From Candidatus Latescibacterota bacterium (GTDB lineage Bacteria > Latescibacterota > UBA2968 > UBA8231): a stretch of DNA of 64,000 nucleotides. The translations under genes and the position numbers were made by a program. This document shows positions 50,022-61,292 of this stretch, piece after piece. The notes beneath the pieces are model-generated. The model was not told the DNA's origin, did no database searches, and saw nothing but the letters and a program-made list of their open reading frames with translations. How positions within the stretch are numbered: position 1 is the stretch's first letter; each line of letters starts with the position of its first letter. The DNA lies in NCBI GenBank assembly GCA_965200315.1, contig OZ241362.1, positions 3,168,001-3,232,000 on the forward strand, in the 5' to 3' direction.

Positions 50022-50885
50022 ATGCCCGAAGTAGCCGAAATTTACAAGTTCGACGAGCTTACTTGGCCGGAAGTCAACCAAGCCGTGGCCATGGGCAAAA
50101 TTCCCATCATACCCACCGGCTCGGTTGAACAACACGGCCACCACCTCCCGCTCAAGGTGGATCACCTCTGCGCCAACGCAGTGGCGACGGAAGCCGCACG
50201 CCTAAAGCCCGAGATCGCCCTCGTCCTGCCGCCGGTGAGCTACGGCTATGTCCACCATGTGATGGACTTCCCGGGTTCGCTCAACATTCACTACGAGCAC
50301 TTCATTCAATACGTGCTCGACATCACCAAGAGCTTGGCCTATCACGGCTTCAAGAAGATGATCCTCGTCAACGGCCACGGCTCCAACCACAACCTCGTGG
50401 ACATGGTCGCTCGGCGCACGATCGTCGAGACCGACGCGAGTTGCACGTTTTGCTCGTGGTGGCACTTGCTCCGGGTCCATCCCGACTTCGACAAAGAGTG
50501 GCGCGAGAGCGTGTTCCCGGGCGGCTGCTCGCACGCGTGCGAGTTGGAGACTTCGATGCTGCTGTATCTCGCGCCGGAGAGCGTACGCCAGGACAAGATC
50601 AAGAGCGAGATCGCCAAGACGAACAAGCTCGGCTCCAAGTTCTTGTACACCGACCTATTTTCACACGGGCCGATGGGCTTGATCGAGTGGACGAGTCAGT
50701 ATTCGGATACTGGGGTGATGGGCGAGGCGGAGAAGGCCACGGCCGAAAAGGGCAAGATCGTCTTTGAGGAGGCGAGCCGGAACTTGGCCGAATTTGTCGA
50801 GGAATACCACGCGATGAAGATCGAGCCGCGCACTCGTCATCAGGACCAAGCGCCGACGTTTCCGCTGTCGTTTCCGACGGATTAG
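50022..50885 (+). CDS. Creatininase family amidohydrolase
   Basis: GSVEQHGHHLP..D, NGHGSN, HACELETS. Confidence 0.92.
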   Translation: MPEVAEIYKFDELTWPEVNQAVAMGKIPIIPTGSVEQHGHHLPLKVDHLCANAVATEAARLKPEIALVLPPVSYGYVHHVMDFPGSLNIHYEHFIQYVLDITKSLAYHGFKKMILVNGHGSNHNLVDMVARRTIVETDASCTFCSWWHLLRVHPDFDKEWRESVFPGGCSHACELETSMLLYLAPESVRQDKIKSEIAKTNKLGSKFLYTDLFSHGPMGLIEWTSQYSDTGVMGEAEKATAEKGKIVFEEASRNLAEFVEEYHAMKIEPRTRHQDQAPTFPLSFPTD

Positions 50886-50904
50886 AGTGCGGAAGGATTT
50901 GGCG

Positions 50905-51261
50905 ATGAAAAATGATCTGGTGATCGATAGGATACGAAAAGTCCGCCATAGCATATCGACGGAATGCGGACACGATCCTGAGAAGCTAGTTGAGTACAGA
51001 ACAGAATCTCAGGGAACATGGTATTACTTTTGAACGCGCTGCTACCGTTTTTCAGGATCCAAGAGCACTCTCCGGGTTCGACGAAGAACACAGTCAAGAT
51101 GAGGACCGATGGATCACTCTTGGTCTAGATCGGACAGGTAGCCTACTGGTCGTTTGTCATACGTATCGAGAAGAGACTGCCTCAAGCGACCGGATACGGC
51201 TGATCTCGGTACGTAAAGCAAACACGAATGAAACAATGAAACAGGAATATGATTTTTCTAA
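50905..51261 (+). pseudogene. Fused fragments: small conserved hypothetical N-terminus + BrnT toxin (no N-terminus) + first residues of BrnA antitoxin
   Basis: MKNDLVIDRIRKVRHSISTECGHDPEKLVEY | NLREHGITFERAATVFQDP...EDRWITLG...IRLISVRKA | MKQEYDFSK, cut by IS5. Confidence 0.75.
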
Positions 51262-52221
51262 GAAGCCGTCTGCAAACTATATTTTTTTCATTTGATGCGT
51301 TTGAGTAGCCAGTGGATCATGGCGATCTGAATCAAGGCTTCACTATGGTGGGTCAACACCTCATAATCTCTCGCATGCCGGCGAAAATGCGGCCGCCATA
51401 CGGCGGCCGGACTGATCATCAACCCCGCCAAGGGGCGCTCGACGACCCACCGGCGTGGTAACACCTCAAAGCCGCCGCCTTGTTTGGTGACGACTTCCCA
51501 GTCTATTTTGTGCGTCTTTTTTTGATTGGCCACCCACGTTCGGATGGCTTCGCCTTGGTAGCCGCCATCCGCCCATAGCTTCCGTAAGCGGGCCACGCCA
51601 GCGGCTCCTCAGCGGGTCAGCCCCTGCTTGAGGCCGTCGCGAGCATCCACGTCGGCGGCCGTGACCACCCCCTGTCTGAGTAAGCCCAACGTATCCACCA
51701 ACAGAGGCCGTTTGCGGCCTTTGATCTTTTTGCCGGCGTCATAACCAATGGCGTGGCCTTGGGTTGTGGTCTTAACCGTCTGACTGTCGACGAGGCCCGC
51801 CGACGGCCGCCCAGCCCGTCCGTTCCGGCGGCGCTCCTGCTGGGTACGCTGATCCAGCACCGGCGGCCAGACCCCTTGCAGGCTCCAACGACGAAAGTAA
51901 TCATACACCGTTTGCCACGGCCCAAAACAACCAGGCAACAAAGCCCAAGGACACCCCGTCTTGTTCAAATACAAAAGGCCGTTGACGATTTGGCGGCGAT
52001 CCCGCGGGGGCCGGCCCGGACCGTGAAGACGCCAGCGCGGCACCGGCCGCAACGGTGCGATCCGCCGCCATTGTGCATCGGTTCGATCGGTGGCATATGA
52101 CATAGGCGGCGTACTCAGCATACAAGCCTTTCTGTTCAGATTGTGTGGTGAACACCTGAATAGGGCTCGATGAGTACGCCGGTTCAAATAGCGGCTACAT
52201 TAAGGGTTTGCAGACGCCTTC
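51262..52221 (-). mobile_element. Degenerate IS5-family insertion sequence
   Basis: IRs GAAGCCGTCTGCAAACT / GGTTTGCAGACGCCTTC; transposase split into 51609-52187 and 51288-51596 (DSQTVKT, YDAGKKIKGRKR, WADGGY, RRWVVER). Confidence 0.9.
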
Positions 52222-52690
52222 TCAAGTGCGTACTGTTTAATTTCGATAGATATCCACATACCGGCATCAATGAGTTGCTCAAGCAAGGGGGCGATCTTTG
52301 GAATTAAGTTCTGTTCTTTAGCACGCATCAAGATGCCAATGGTGCCTATAACGTGTAGCCCTAGTGCTTCAGCGGCATAGCGTGCGTCCAGATCATCTAG
52401 ATAATTTGGTCGGCCGATGTTTCTCTTGCCAATAGAATTGATGCACACTCACCAGCGCCCAAGGATTTTAACTCGAATGGAATGGAATGGCTATCAGGTT
52501 TTGCAATGGTGATCCAAGAATAGTCCGTTATGTTTGGAACTGAATACCCTGTTGATTTTCCCCGATTCAATTCTTGTTCAACAGCATCAGCGACTAGAAC
52601 TTCATCAAAGAGTGTCTGGAGAATATCCAATTGGCCAATGCGAAAAAGATACTGTAGTGCAGATGTATCAACCACGCATCTTTCCGGCAC
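52222..52690 (-). pseudogene. DUF3368 PIN-domain protein, frameshifted
   Basis: VVDTSAL...LGAGE..I.LA, stop at 52397, resumes LDDLDAR...GL.VIGTIGIL. Confidence 0.8.
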
Positions 52691-52939
52691 TCTCGAAGTC
52701 CTTTTTCAACTCTTCACGGGTTAAATTCGCAACAGTAACTTTGTACGACTTCAAAATATCAAAAAAGCCACTCTGCCTAGGCCGGCGAGTTCTGCGGCTC
52801 GTCCCGAGGATAAGCGACCAATTTCATACAGCTTTGCTGCCAAAAGTATCCGTGCTTCCTGTGCAAACTCCTCAGGGGTTTCTTTTAGCGCATTTAGAAT
52901 GTTGGCAGGGCATTCATTTGTATACTTATAGACGACATC
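52668..52939 (-). pseudogene. UPF0175 family antitoxin, two frameshifts
   Basis: LAAKLYEIGRLSSGRAAELAGLGRVAF core; N- and C-termini in other frames. Confidence 0.75.
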
Positions 52940-53048
52940 TTGGGCCTCCGACGGGCGACGAGGGCGGCTATGCCTCAGGCTACGTAAAAAAATACAGGGG
53001 AGGGGTAAAGGCGTTGTCAACAGAGCAGCAAAGCGGGGATCGCGCACC

Positions 53049-53615
53049 TCAACTTAGCGGTCGCAACCGCCCTTCCCCTTCCTCGTAGCCTGCTCTACAC
53101 CCCCCACAGACCAGATCATCCCCCAGCGTGATGCCACAGCGGCAGGCCCAGCCCGTCTGCCGCCCTGGCACGCCGGTTATCAGCGCATAGGCCGGCACAT
53201 CGCGGGTTACGACCGCTCCGGCACCAATGAGGGCATACGCGCCGATTTCGACACCGCAGACGATGGTCGAATTGGCCCCCAGCGAAGCCCCCTTGCGCAC
53301 CCGCGTCTCTTGGAACTCGTGTCTGCGGTCGACAAAGGCGCGGGGGTTGACGACGTTGGTAAATACCATTGACGGGCCGCAGAAGACCTCGTCTTCGAGG
53401 ATAACTCCCTTGTAGATCGAGACGTTGTTCTGTATCTTGCAGCCGTCGCCGATCACCACGCCTCGATCAACATAGACGTTCTGGCCGATATTACAGCGTT
53501 GGCCGATTTCTGCGCCGGGCATCAGGTGGCAGAAATGCCATATATGGGTTCCCGCGCCAATGGAGACCGGCTCATCGACGCAAGTGCTGGGATGGATAAA
53601 GTATTCTCTGGGCAT
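53049..53615 (-). CDS. Hexapeptide-repeat N-acetyltransferase (WbpD-like)
   Basis: IWHFCH, CNIGQNV, KIQNNVSIY, FCGPSMVFTNVVNPR. Confidence 0.9.
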   Translation of the reverse strand: MPREYFIHPSTCVDEPVSIGAGTHIWHFCHLMPGAEIGQRCNIGQNVYVDRGVVIGDGCKIQNNVSIYKGVILEDEVFCGPSMVFTNVVNPRAFVDRRHEFQETRVRKGASLGANSTIVCGVEIGAYALIGAGAVVTRDVPAYALITGVPGRQTGWACRCGITLGDDLVCGGCRAGYEEGEGRLRPLS

Positions 53616-53729
53616 GACGATAGAATATAAATTGTCCCTATCTATTTACCAATGCACCGACCGATCTTTACTTGGCCGTCCGGCCACAGCCATGGTCGGT
53701 GCAGAAACCCTTTTCATACGGAGGAAATT

Positions 53730-54689
53730 GTGAAACTAGCCACGTACTTTGCTGCTGGCGAACAGCGCGTGGGCGCAGTCGTCGGCGACGACTCTGTGGT
53801 CGTCGATCTCAGGGCGGCCGACCGCGCCTTGGCCCGCCAAGAAAGGCGCAAAATACATCCCTTCTTTACAGATATGCTGGCCCTGCTCTCCGCTGGTGCC
53901 AAGGGCCTGCGCGCCGCCAAAAAGGTCGCCGCGTATGCCGAGGGGAAGGAACCCAACGGCGAGACCATCCACGCCCTCAATAAGGTCCGCCTCCGCGCGC
54001 CCGTGCCCAACCCGAGCAAGGTCTTCTGCTTGGCCGGCAACTACCAAGACCACATCGAAGAGGGCGGCGGCAAAATGGATGCCCAAGACAAGGAAACCCC
54101 GCGCGTCTTTATGAAGCCGCCGACCACTACGGTCATCGGCCCCGGCGACCGCATTCTCATTCCCCCGATCGCCAATAGCATCGACTGGGAAGGCGAGTTG
54201 GCCGTAGTCATCGGCCGCAAGGCCAAGGGCGTCAAAGCTAAGGACTCGCTCAGGTACGTGGCCGGTTATACTGTTATGAACGATGTATCCGAGCGCGACC
54301 TCAAGATCAAGGAGCGCACCGACAGCCGCCCGCGCGACGAGTGGTTCGACTGGCTCAACGGCAAATGGCTCGACACCTTTGCCCCGCAGGGGCCTTGGAT
54401 CGTCACCGCAGACGAGATCAAGAATCCCCAAGTCCTCGACATCAGCACGTACGTCAACGGCGAGCGCAAGCAACACAACAACACCGGCCAGATGCTCTAC
54501 CCGGTTGATAAGATCATTGAGTACATCTCGGCGATTATCACCCTAGAGCCAGGCGACCTGATCAGCACCGGCACCATATCAGGCGTCGGCGCGACTACCG
54601 GCACCTTTATGAAGCCCGACGACAAGGTCGAAATCGAAATCTCCGGGATTGGCGTACTCAAAAACTCGGTCGCTGCCAGCAAGAAATAA
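53730..54689 (+). CDS. Fumarylacetoacetate hydrolase family protein
   Basis: GNYQDH, FMKP, DWEGELAVVIG, NDVSER, GK..DTF, PGDLISTGT; GTG after GGAGG. Confidence 0.92.
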   Translation: MKLATYFAAGEQRVGAVVGDDSVVVDLRAADRALARQERRKIHPFFTDMLALLSAGAKGLRAAKKVAAYAEGKEPNGETIHALNKVRLRAPVPNPSKVFCLAGNYQDHIEEGGGKMDAQDKETPRVFMKPPTTTVIGPGDRILIPPIANSIDWEGELAVVIGRKAKGVKAKDSLRYVAGYTVMNDVSERDLKIKERTDSRPRDEWFDWLNGKWLDTFAPQGPWIVTADEIKNPQVLDISTYVNGERKQHNNTGQMLYPVDKIIEYISAIITLEPGDLISTGTISGVGATTGTFMKPDDKVEIEISGIGVLKNSVAASKK

Positions 54690-54692
54690 CCC

Positions 54693-55910
54693 TTGCACTC
54701 AGCGTCTGCGATCACGGGCCAGGAGGGCGGGCTGCTCAGCCGCGCCTTCCTGGCTCTTTGTTTGATTTACTTTTTCGAGAGCTTCCTAGTCGCCCCCTTC
54801 CAAGCACTCTTTCCCGTCTATATCGAGGCCGATTTGGCGCGGCCTCCGTGGTTTACCGGCTATCTGCGCGGGATCATGCTGCTCCTTGGCGGCATATTTG
54901 CCGTGGTCGCTGGCCGCCTTTGCGACCGCTTTGGCCGCAAGACAACCCTGATGATCGGCCTCGTTGGCAGCGCATTCACCGGCTTAGTCTTTCGCACCGC
55001 AGACCCTTGGGGGTTGTCGTGCCTGCTTTTGGTGATGGGCGCGGCCAGCGGTCCTTGGTCCACGGCCGGGCAGAGCATCCTCATCACCGCGGTCACCCCG
55101 GCTCGACTCGGTTTGGGCGGTGCCCTCTACTTCCTCAGCAACACGCTCGGCAACGCGCTCGGCAGTCTTTGTACTGGCTTGGTCAAAACCGCCTATTCCT
55201 TCTCCCAGATCGGTGCTGTTATGAGCATCGGCATGGTCGCGGTAGTCGCCCTAGCACTAGCGTTGTTGCCCGGCGACGCGCCTAGCCCGACCACGGCGCA
55301 AACGGCGCGCCTCAATACGTGGACGGCCTATCGCCCGCTTTTGGGACGCGGCAATGTGCATCTCCTGCTCAGCCTGCGCCTGACCATCACCACCTTCTGG
55401 GGTATGGCGACGCTGGCCCTGCCCCTGTTGATCTATCGAGTTGGCCAGAGCCAATCCCTACCCGCGTATTTTGCCGCCGCTTCGCTGGTAGCTGCCGCCT
55501 GTTGCCAGCTCAGCGTCGGCTATCTCAACGACCGCCGCGGCCGCACCGCACCGCTCCTCGGCTCGGCGTCCGGCGTCTTCCTCAGCGTCTTGGGACTGGC
55601 CTTGTGGCACGATTCCCTTGTCGGCCTGTTTGCCTGCGGCACCGCTCTCACGGCTACGGCGTGGGCCGTCTCGACGCTGATCCCCCGGCTCATCAACGAC
55701 GTCGCTGCCCCCGAAGAAAAAAACCGCCTCGTCGGCTTGGGACACTTCGCTTGGAGCGGCTCGATGGTGGTCGGCAGCCTGCTCGGCGGCTATCTGATCG
55801 AGATAAATGCCGCCCTGCCCTTCTACCTCGGCACGGCCCTCACGGCGCTCGGTGCATTGGGTGCCTTTGGCCTCTGCCGCCGTCTGGACGGCGTGGGGGT
55901 TACGGCTTAG
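54693..55910 (+). CDS. MFS transporter
   Basis: ~12 hydrophobic segments, GRLCDRFGRK motif A. Confidence 0.9.
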   Translation: MHSASAITGQEGGLLSRAFLALCLIYFFESFLVAPFQALFPVYIEADLARPPWFTGYLRGIMLLLGGIFAVVAGRLCDRFGRKTTLMIGLVGSAFTGLVFRTADPWGLSCLLLVMGAASGPWSTAGQSILITAVTPARLGLGGALYFLSNTLGNALGSLCTGLVKTAYSFSQIGAVMSIGMVAVVALALALLPGDAPSPTTAQTARLNTWTAYRPLLGRGNVHLLLSLRLTITTFWGMATLALPLLIYRVGQSQSLPAYFAAASLVAAACCQLSVGYLNDRRGRTAPLLGSASGVFLSVLGLALWHDSLVGLFACGTALTATAWAVSTLIPRLINDVAAPEEKNRLVGLGHFAWSGSMVVGSLLGGYLIEINAALPFYLGTALTALGALGAFGLCRRLDGVGVTA

Positions 55911-55919
55911 ACTAGGCGA

Positions 55920-57074
55920 ATGCAAAAACTCCGCTTGTTCGTCATCACGATCTCTCATTTTTGCGTCGATAGCTACGCCACGATGTTGGCCCCGCTCTTG
56001 CCCCTGCTCAAGGTCAACTTGGGGCTGAGCTTGGCGCAAGTTGGGTTTTTGGGTTCCATCGTTTCTATATGCAATATCAGTCAGCCGCTCATGGGCTTGT
56101 GGGCCGACCGCATGGCTTGGCGCTGGCTGATCATCGGTGGCTTGGCCTTGACGACCATTTTCTCCCCGCTCATGGGGCTAGCACCCAATTACCTGACCCT
56201 CGTCGGCATCCTGACGTTGGGTGGGATTGGGGTCGCCGCCTTCCACCCCCAAGTCTTTTCGCTGGCCGGCGAACTCAGCAGTCCGCGCCGCTCCTTCGGC
56301 TTGGCGCTCTTTATCTTCGGCGGGACGCTGGGGCTGGGTCTAACGCCGCTGTGGGCACCCGCTTATACCAATTCCTTCGGACTGGCCGCCCTGCCCTACC
56401 TGTCCATTCCTGGCCTGTTGTTCCTGTTGCTCGTCTGGCGCACGGTGCCGCTCGGCAACCCCAACTTCTCCCACGGCAGAAGCACAGCCCAATGGCGCAG
56501 TCTCGGCGACCAAGCCGGTCCGCTCGTGCTAATCACCGCAATCGTCATTTTGCGCTCGGTATCGGGACTGGGCTTTGGCACGTTTTTGACGCTCATGGCC
56601 CAAGAGCGCGGCCTCGGTCTCGTCGCGGGCGGCATTCCCTTGGGGATCTACAATATCGCCGGGGTGGTCGGTGCGCTCGTCGTTGGCTATCTGGCTGACC
56701 GCGTCGATCCCAAACCGCTGGTCTGGGGATCGCTGCTGTGCTCGGCGCCGCCGCTCTACGCCTTCATCTATGCCGAGGGAACGCTGGCCAGCTACAGCCT
56801 GCTTTTTTTAGGCGGCGGCCTGTTGCTGTCTTCCAACTCGATTATGGTCGCCTTGGCCCAAGAGTTTTCGCCGGAAAATTCGGGCTTGGTCTCCAGCCTG
56901 CCGCTGGGCTTTAGCTGGGGAGTGGCCAGCCTCGCGCTGCCGCTGATCGGCTATCTCGGCGACCAGATCGGCGTGGCTGAGACCTTGAAATACCTAGCCT
57001 TGCTACCGATATTGACCGCTGGACTGGCCTTCTTCCTGCCCAACAGCCCAACCGCAAAGGACGCCGCGCCATGA
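55920..57074 (+). CDS. MFS transporter (Fsr-like)
   Basis: HFCVD, QPLMGLWADR, GVAAFHP, GYLADR. Confidence 0.9.
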   Translation: MQKLRLFVITISHFCVDSYATMLAPLLPLLKVNLGLSLAQVGFLGSIVSICNISQPLMGLWADRMAWRWLIIGGLALTTIFSPLMGLAPNYLTLVGILTLGGIGVAAFHPQVFSLAGELSSPRRSFGLALFIFGGTLGLGLTPLWAPAYTNSFGLAALPYLSIPGLLFLLLVWRTVPLGNPNFSHGRSTAQWRSLGDQAGPLVLITAIVILRSVSGLGFGTFLTLMAQERGLGLVAGGIPLGIYNIAGVVGALVVGYLADRVDPKPLVWGSLLCSAPPLYAFIYAEGTLASYSLLFLGGGLLLSSNSIMVALAQEFSPENSGLVSSLPLGFSWGVASLALPLIGYLGDQIGVAETLKYLALLPILTAGLAFFLPNSPTAKDAAP

Positions 57075-57853
57075 GCTTGCTCATTTTAGACTCCGAGCAG
57101 AAGCAGTTTTTCGACGACAACGGCTATCTCCTGCTCAAAGGCTTCTATGGCCCGGCCGAGATGGAGCAGATGCGCGGCGAGTTTCATCGCTTGGTGACCG
57201 AGATCGAAAATCGGCCCAAGAACGTCAAGTACTCCTTCATGGACGCGCCGAAAGGCTACGCGCCCGACTCCTTCAACCCGCGCAATGTAGTCGGCATGAT
57301 GGATCAGACCTTGGCTGGCGACTACTGGTTCGATCAGTTTACCGAGCCGCGCATTGTCTCGGTCATGGTTGATCTTTTGGGCCAAGACCTCGACTTCCAC
57401 AACGGCAAGGTCCGCAATAAACCCCCCGGCTTTGTCTGCACCCAAAGCTGGCACCAAGACTGGCCTTACGAGCGCCACACCGAGCCAGACTTGGCCGCGG
57501 CCATTACGTACCTTGATCCGAGTGGATTTGAAGCCGGGGCTACCGAGGTCCTGCCCGGCAGCCACCTCAAGGGCGAATATCCCACGTTAGAAAACAGCCA
57601 CACCATCCCAGACGAGTACGTTCCTGTTAGTGAGCAGGTCGTCTTGGAGGCCGAGCCGGGCGACGTGGCCATCATCCACGTCCTCGTCGTCCACCGCGCC
57701 GGCCACAACTACACCCCGCGCACCCGCCACGCCATTATTAATGAGTACAAAACCGCGGCCACCATCGACCAATGGGGCAACTCCTGCGCCTTTGCCGGCT
57801 TGCCGCTGGCCCGCAATGGCCAGCTCTTGATGCCGCGCGTTTATCAGGGATGA
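57071..57853 (+). CDS. Phytanoyl-CoA dioxygenase (PhyH) family protein
   Basis: FFDDNGYL, KPPG, WHQD, VLPGSH, VHRAG. Confidence 0.9.
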   Translation: MSLLILDSEQKQFFDDNGYLLLKGFYGPAEMEQMRGEFHRLVTEIENRPKNVKYSFMDAPKGYAPDSFNPRNVVGMMDQTLAGDYWFDQFTEPRIVSVMVDLLGQDLDFHNGKVRNKPPGFVCTQSWHQDWPYERHTEPDLAAAITYLDPSGFEAGATEVLPGSHLKGEYPTLENSHTIPDEYVPVSEQVVLEAEPGDVAIIHVLVVHRAGHNYTPRTRHAIINEYKTAATIDQWGNSCAFAGLPLARNGQLLMPRVYQG

Positions 57854-57901
57854 TGCGGCTCCCAACGTACGCTCGCCTTCCCGCCTTGATTATTGTTATA
57901 A

Positions 57902-59860
<1,959 letters not shown>

Positions 59861-59900
59861 ATCACCGGCGACTTTTCAACCAAATAGAAAAGAGAGGAAG

Positions 59901-60893
59901 ATGGACAAAATTCGCGTGGGATTTATCGGCTGTGGTGGAAACGCCAGCGGGCACCTAGGGAGAGTGCTTGACATCCCCGAGACCGAAGTGGTGGCGCTGT
60001 GCGATGTGGATCAGGCCAGCCTACAGCGAGCTAAAGAGCGCAACTCGCAGGCCGCAGCGTTGCCGGAGTTTACCCACTACCAAAAGATGCTGGAGCAAGT
60101 CGAACTGGACGCGGTAGAGATTTCCACGCCGCACACATTGCACTTTGAGCAGATTATGGCTGCGCTGGACAAAGGGCTGCACGTGCTGACCGAAAAGCCA
60201 ATGGTCTGTACTGTCGATCACGCGCACCAAGTTATCGCCAAAGCCGAGAAGACCGGCAAGGTCCTGATGATCTCCTATCAGCGGCACTTGCAGGCGCAGT
60301 ACCGCTATGTGCGCAATCAGATCGCGGCCGGGGAATTGGGGGATATCCAGTTTATATCGGCGCTCCAAGACCAGAAGTGGCATCAGGGGACGATTGGGCT
60401 GTGGCGGCAGCAGATGGCGCTGTCGGGCGGCGGACAGCTCAACGATTCGGGAAGCCATCTACTAGACATTGTGTTGTGGATGACCGGGCTGGAGGTGGCA
60501 GAGGTGCAGGCCTACATGGACTATTTAGACTCTGAGGTGGACATCAACTCGGCGCTGTCGCTGCGCTTTCGCAACGGCGCGCTGGGGACGATTGCGGTGG
60601 TGGGCAACTCGCCGACCGGCGGAATCTGGGAGGACATCACCATCTGGGGGACCAAGGCCGTGGTCTACATTCGCCGGGGAGAGGTCTTTTATAAGACGCA
60701 GCACAGCAATGAGGTGTACGAAGTAAACAACTTGCCCGGCTCGACGACGCCCGACCAGAATTTCATCGACGCGATTCTCGGCCGCGATCAGGTGCAGGTG
60801 CCCCCCGAATGCGGCCTGCGGGTCATTGAACTGACCGAGGCAGCTTGGGCCTCGGCCGCTAGCGGGCAGCCGGTGAAAGTAAAAAGCATTTGA
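59901..60893 (+). CDS. Gfo/Idh/MocA family oxidoreductase
   Basis: VGFIGCGG, HVLTEKP, GGGQLNDSGSH. Confidence 0.92.
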   Translation: MDKIRVGFIGCGGNASGHLGRVLDIPETEVVALCDVDQASLQRAKERNSQAAALPEFTHYQKMLEQVELDAVEISTPHTLHFEQIMAALDKGLHVLTEKPMVCTVDHAHQVIAKAEKTGKVLMISYQRHLQAQYRYVRNQIAAGELGDIQFISALQDQKWHQGTIGLWRQQMALSGGGQLNDSGSHLLDIVLWMTGLEVAEVQAYMDYLDSEVDINSALSLRFRNGALGTIAVVGNSPTGGIWEDITIWGTKAVVYIRRGEVFYKTQHSNEVYEVNNLPGSTTPDQNFIDAILGRDQVQVPPECGLRVIELTEAAWASAASGQPVKVKSI

Positions 60894-60919
60894 CATGGTT
60901 CTTCGGCGTTTGTCATATT
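60890..60919 (+). promoter_or_regulatory. Sigma70-type promoter for the intergenic RNA
   Basis: TTGACA (60890-95), 18 nt, TG-N-CATATT (60914-19); same architecture as the next promoter TTGATT...TGTCATATT at ~61244. Confidence 0.65.
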
Positions 60920-60924
60920 AAACG

Positions 60925-61226
60925 CAAGACGGGTTCAGGTGCTATAGCTCCTGTTACCGCCACGCTGAGGCTCGAGGCTACGCGAGCGAGCCAGCCCGGC
61001 TTTGTAATTGGCCGCAACGACGCGCAGAGTTGGAGCATAGATTATGAGGCGCGCACAAGCGAAAGGAGGTGGTCCATTGAGTAGTAATTGTACCGCAGGG
61101 AGGTTGGTCACTTGATCAACTCCAGGTGATTGACTACCTGGTCAGAAGTTATGTCGCCGAGGCGACACCGCTTCTGAGAGTACAGCCGGGCGCACCCCAC
61201 CTTAGCGGGTGCGCCCGGTTTTTTTT
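60925..61226 (+). ncRNA. Unclassified structured RNA containing an extended Shine-Dalgarno and a 12-codon ORF
   Basis: Own promoter and terminator; multiple hairpins; AAAGGAGGTGGTCC then TTG...TGA (61077-61115, MSSNCTAGRLVT). Confidence 0.6.
61186..61226 (+). terminator. Intrinsic terminator
   Basis: CCGGGCGCACCC-9nt-GGGTGCGCCCGG followed by T8. Confidence 0.93.
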
Positions 61227-61292
61227 GCCCGCGCTGCACTAAGTTGATTTCCACGCGGTATTTTTGTCATATTGTCCGCAAGGAGGCCGTCT

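Noticed and set aside
60925-61226. RNase P RNA, SRP RNA, 6S RNA or a 16S rRNA fragment
   Set aside because: Lacks GAGGAAAGTCC and the SRP helix-8 motif; is not a single rod with a central bubble; similarity to 16S is limited to the anti-SD complement
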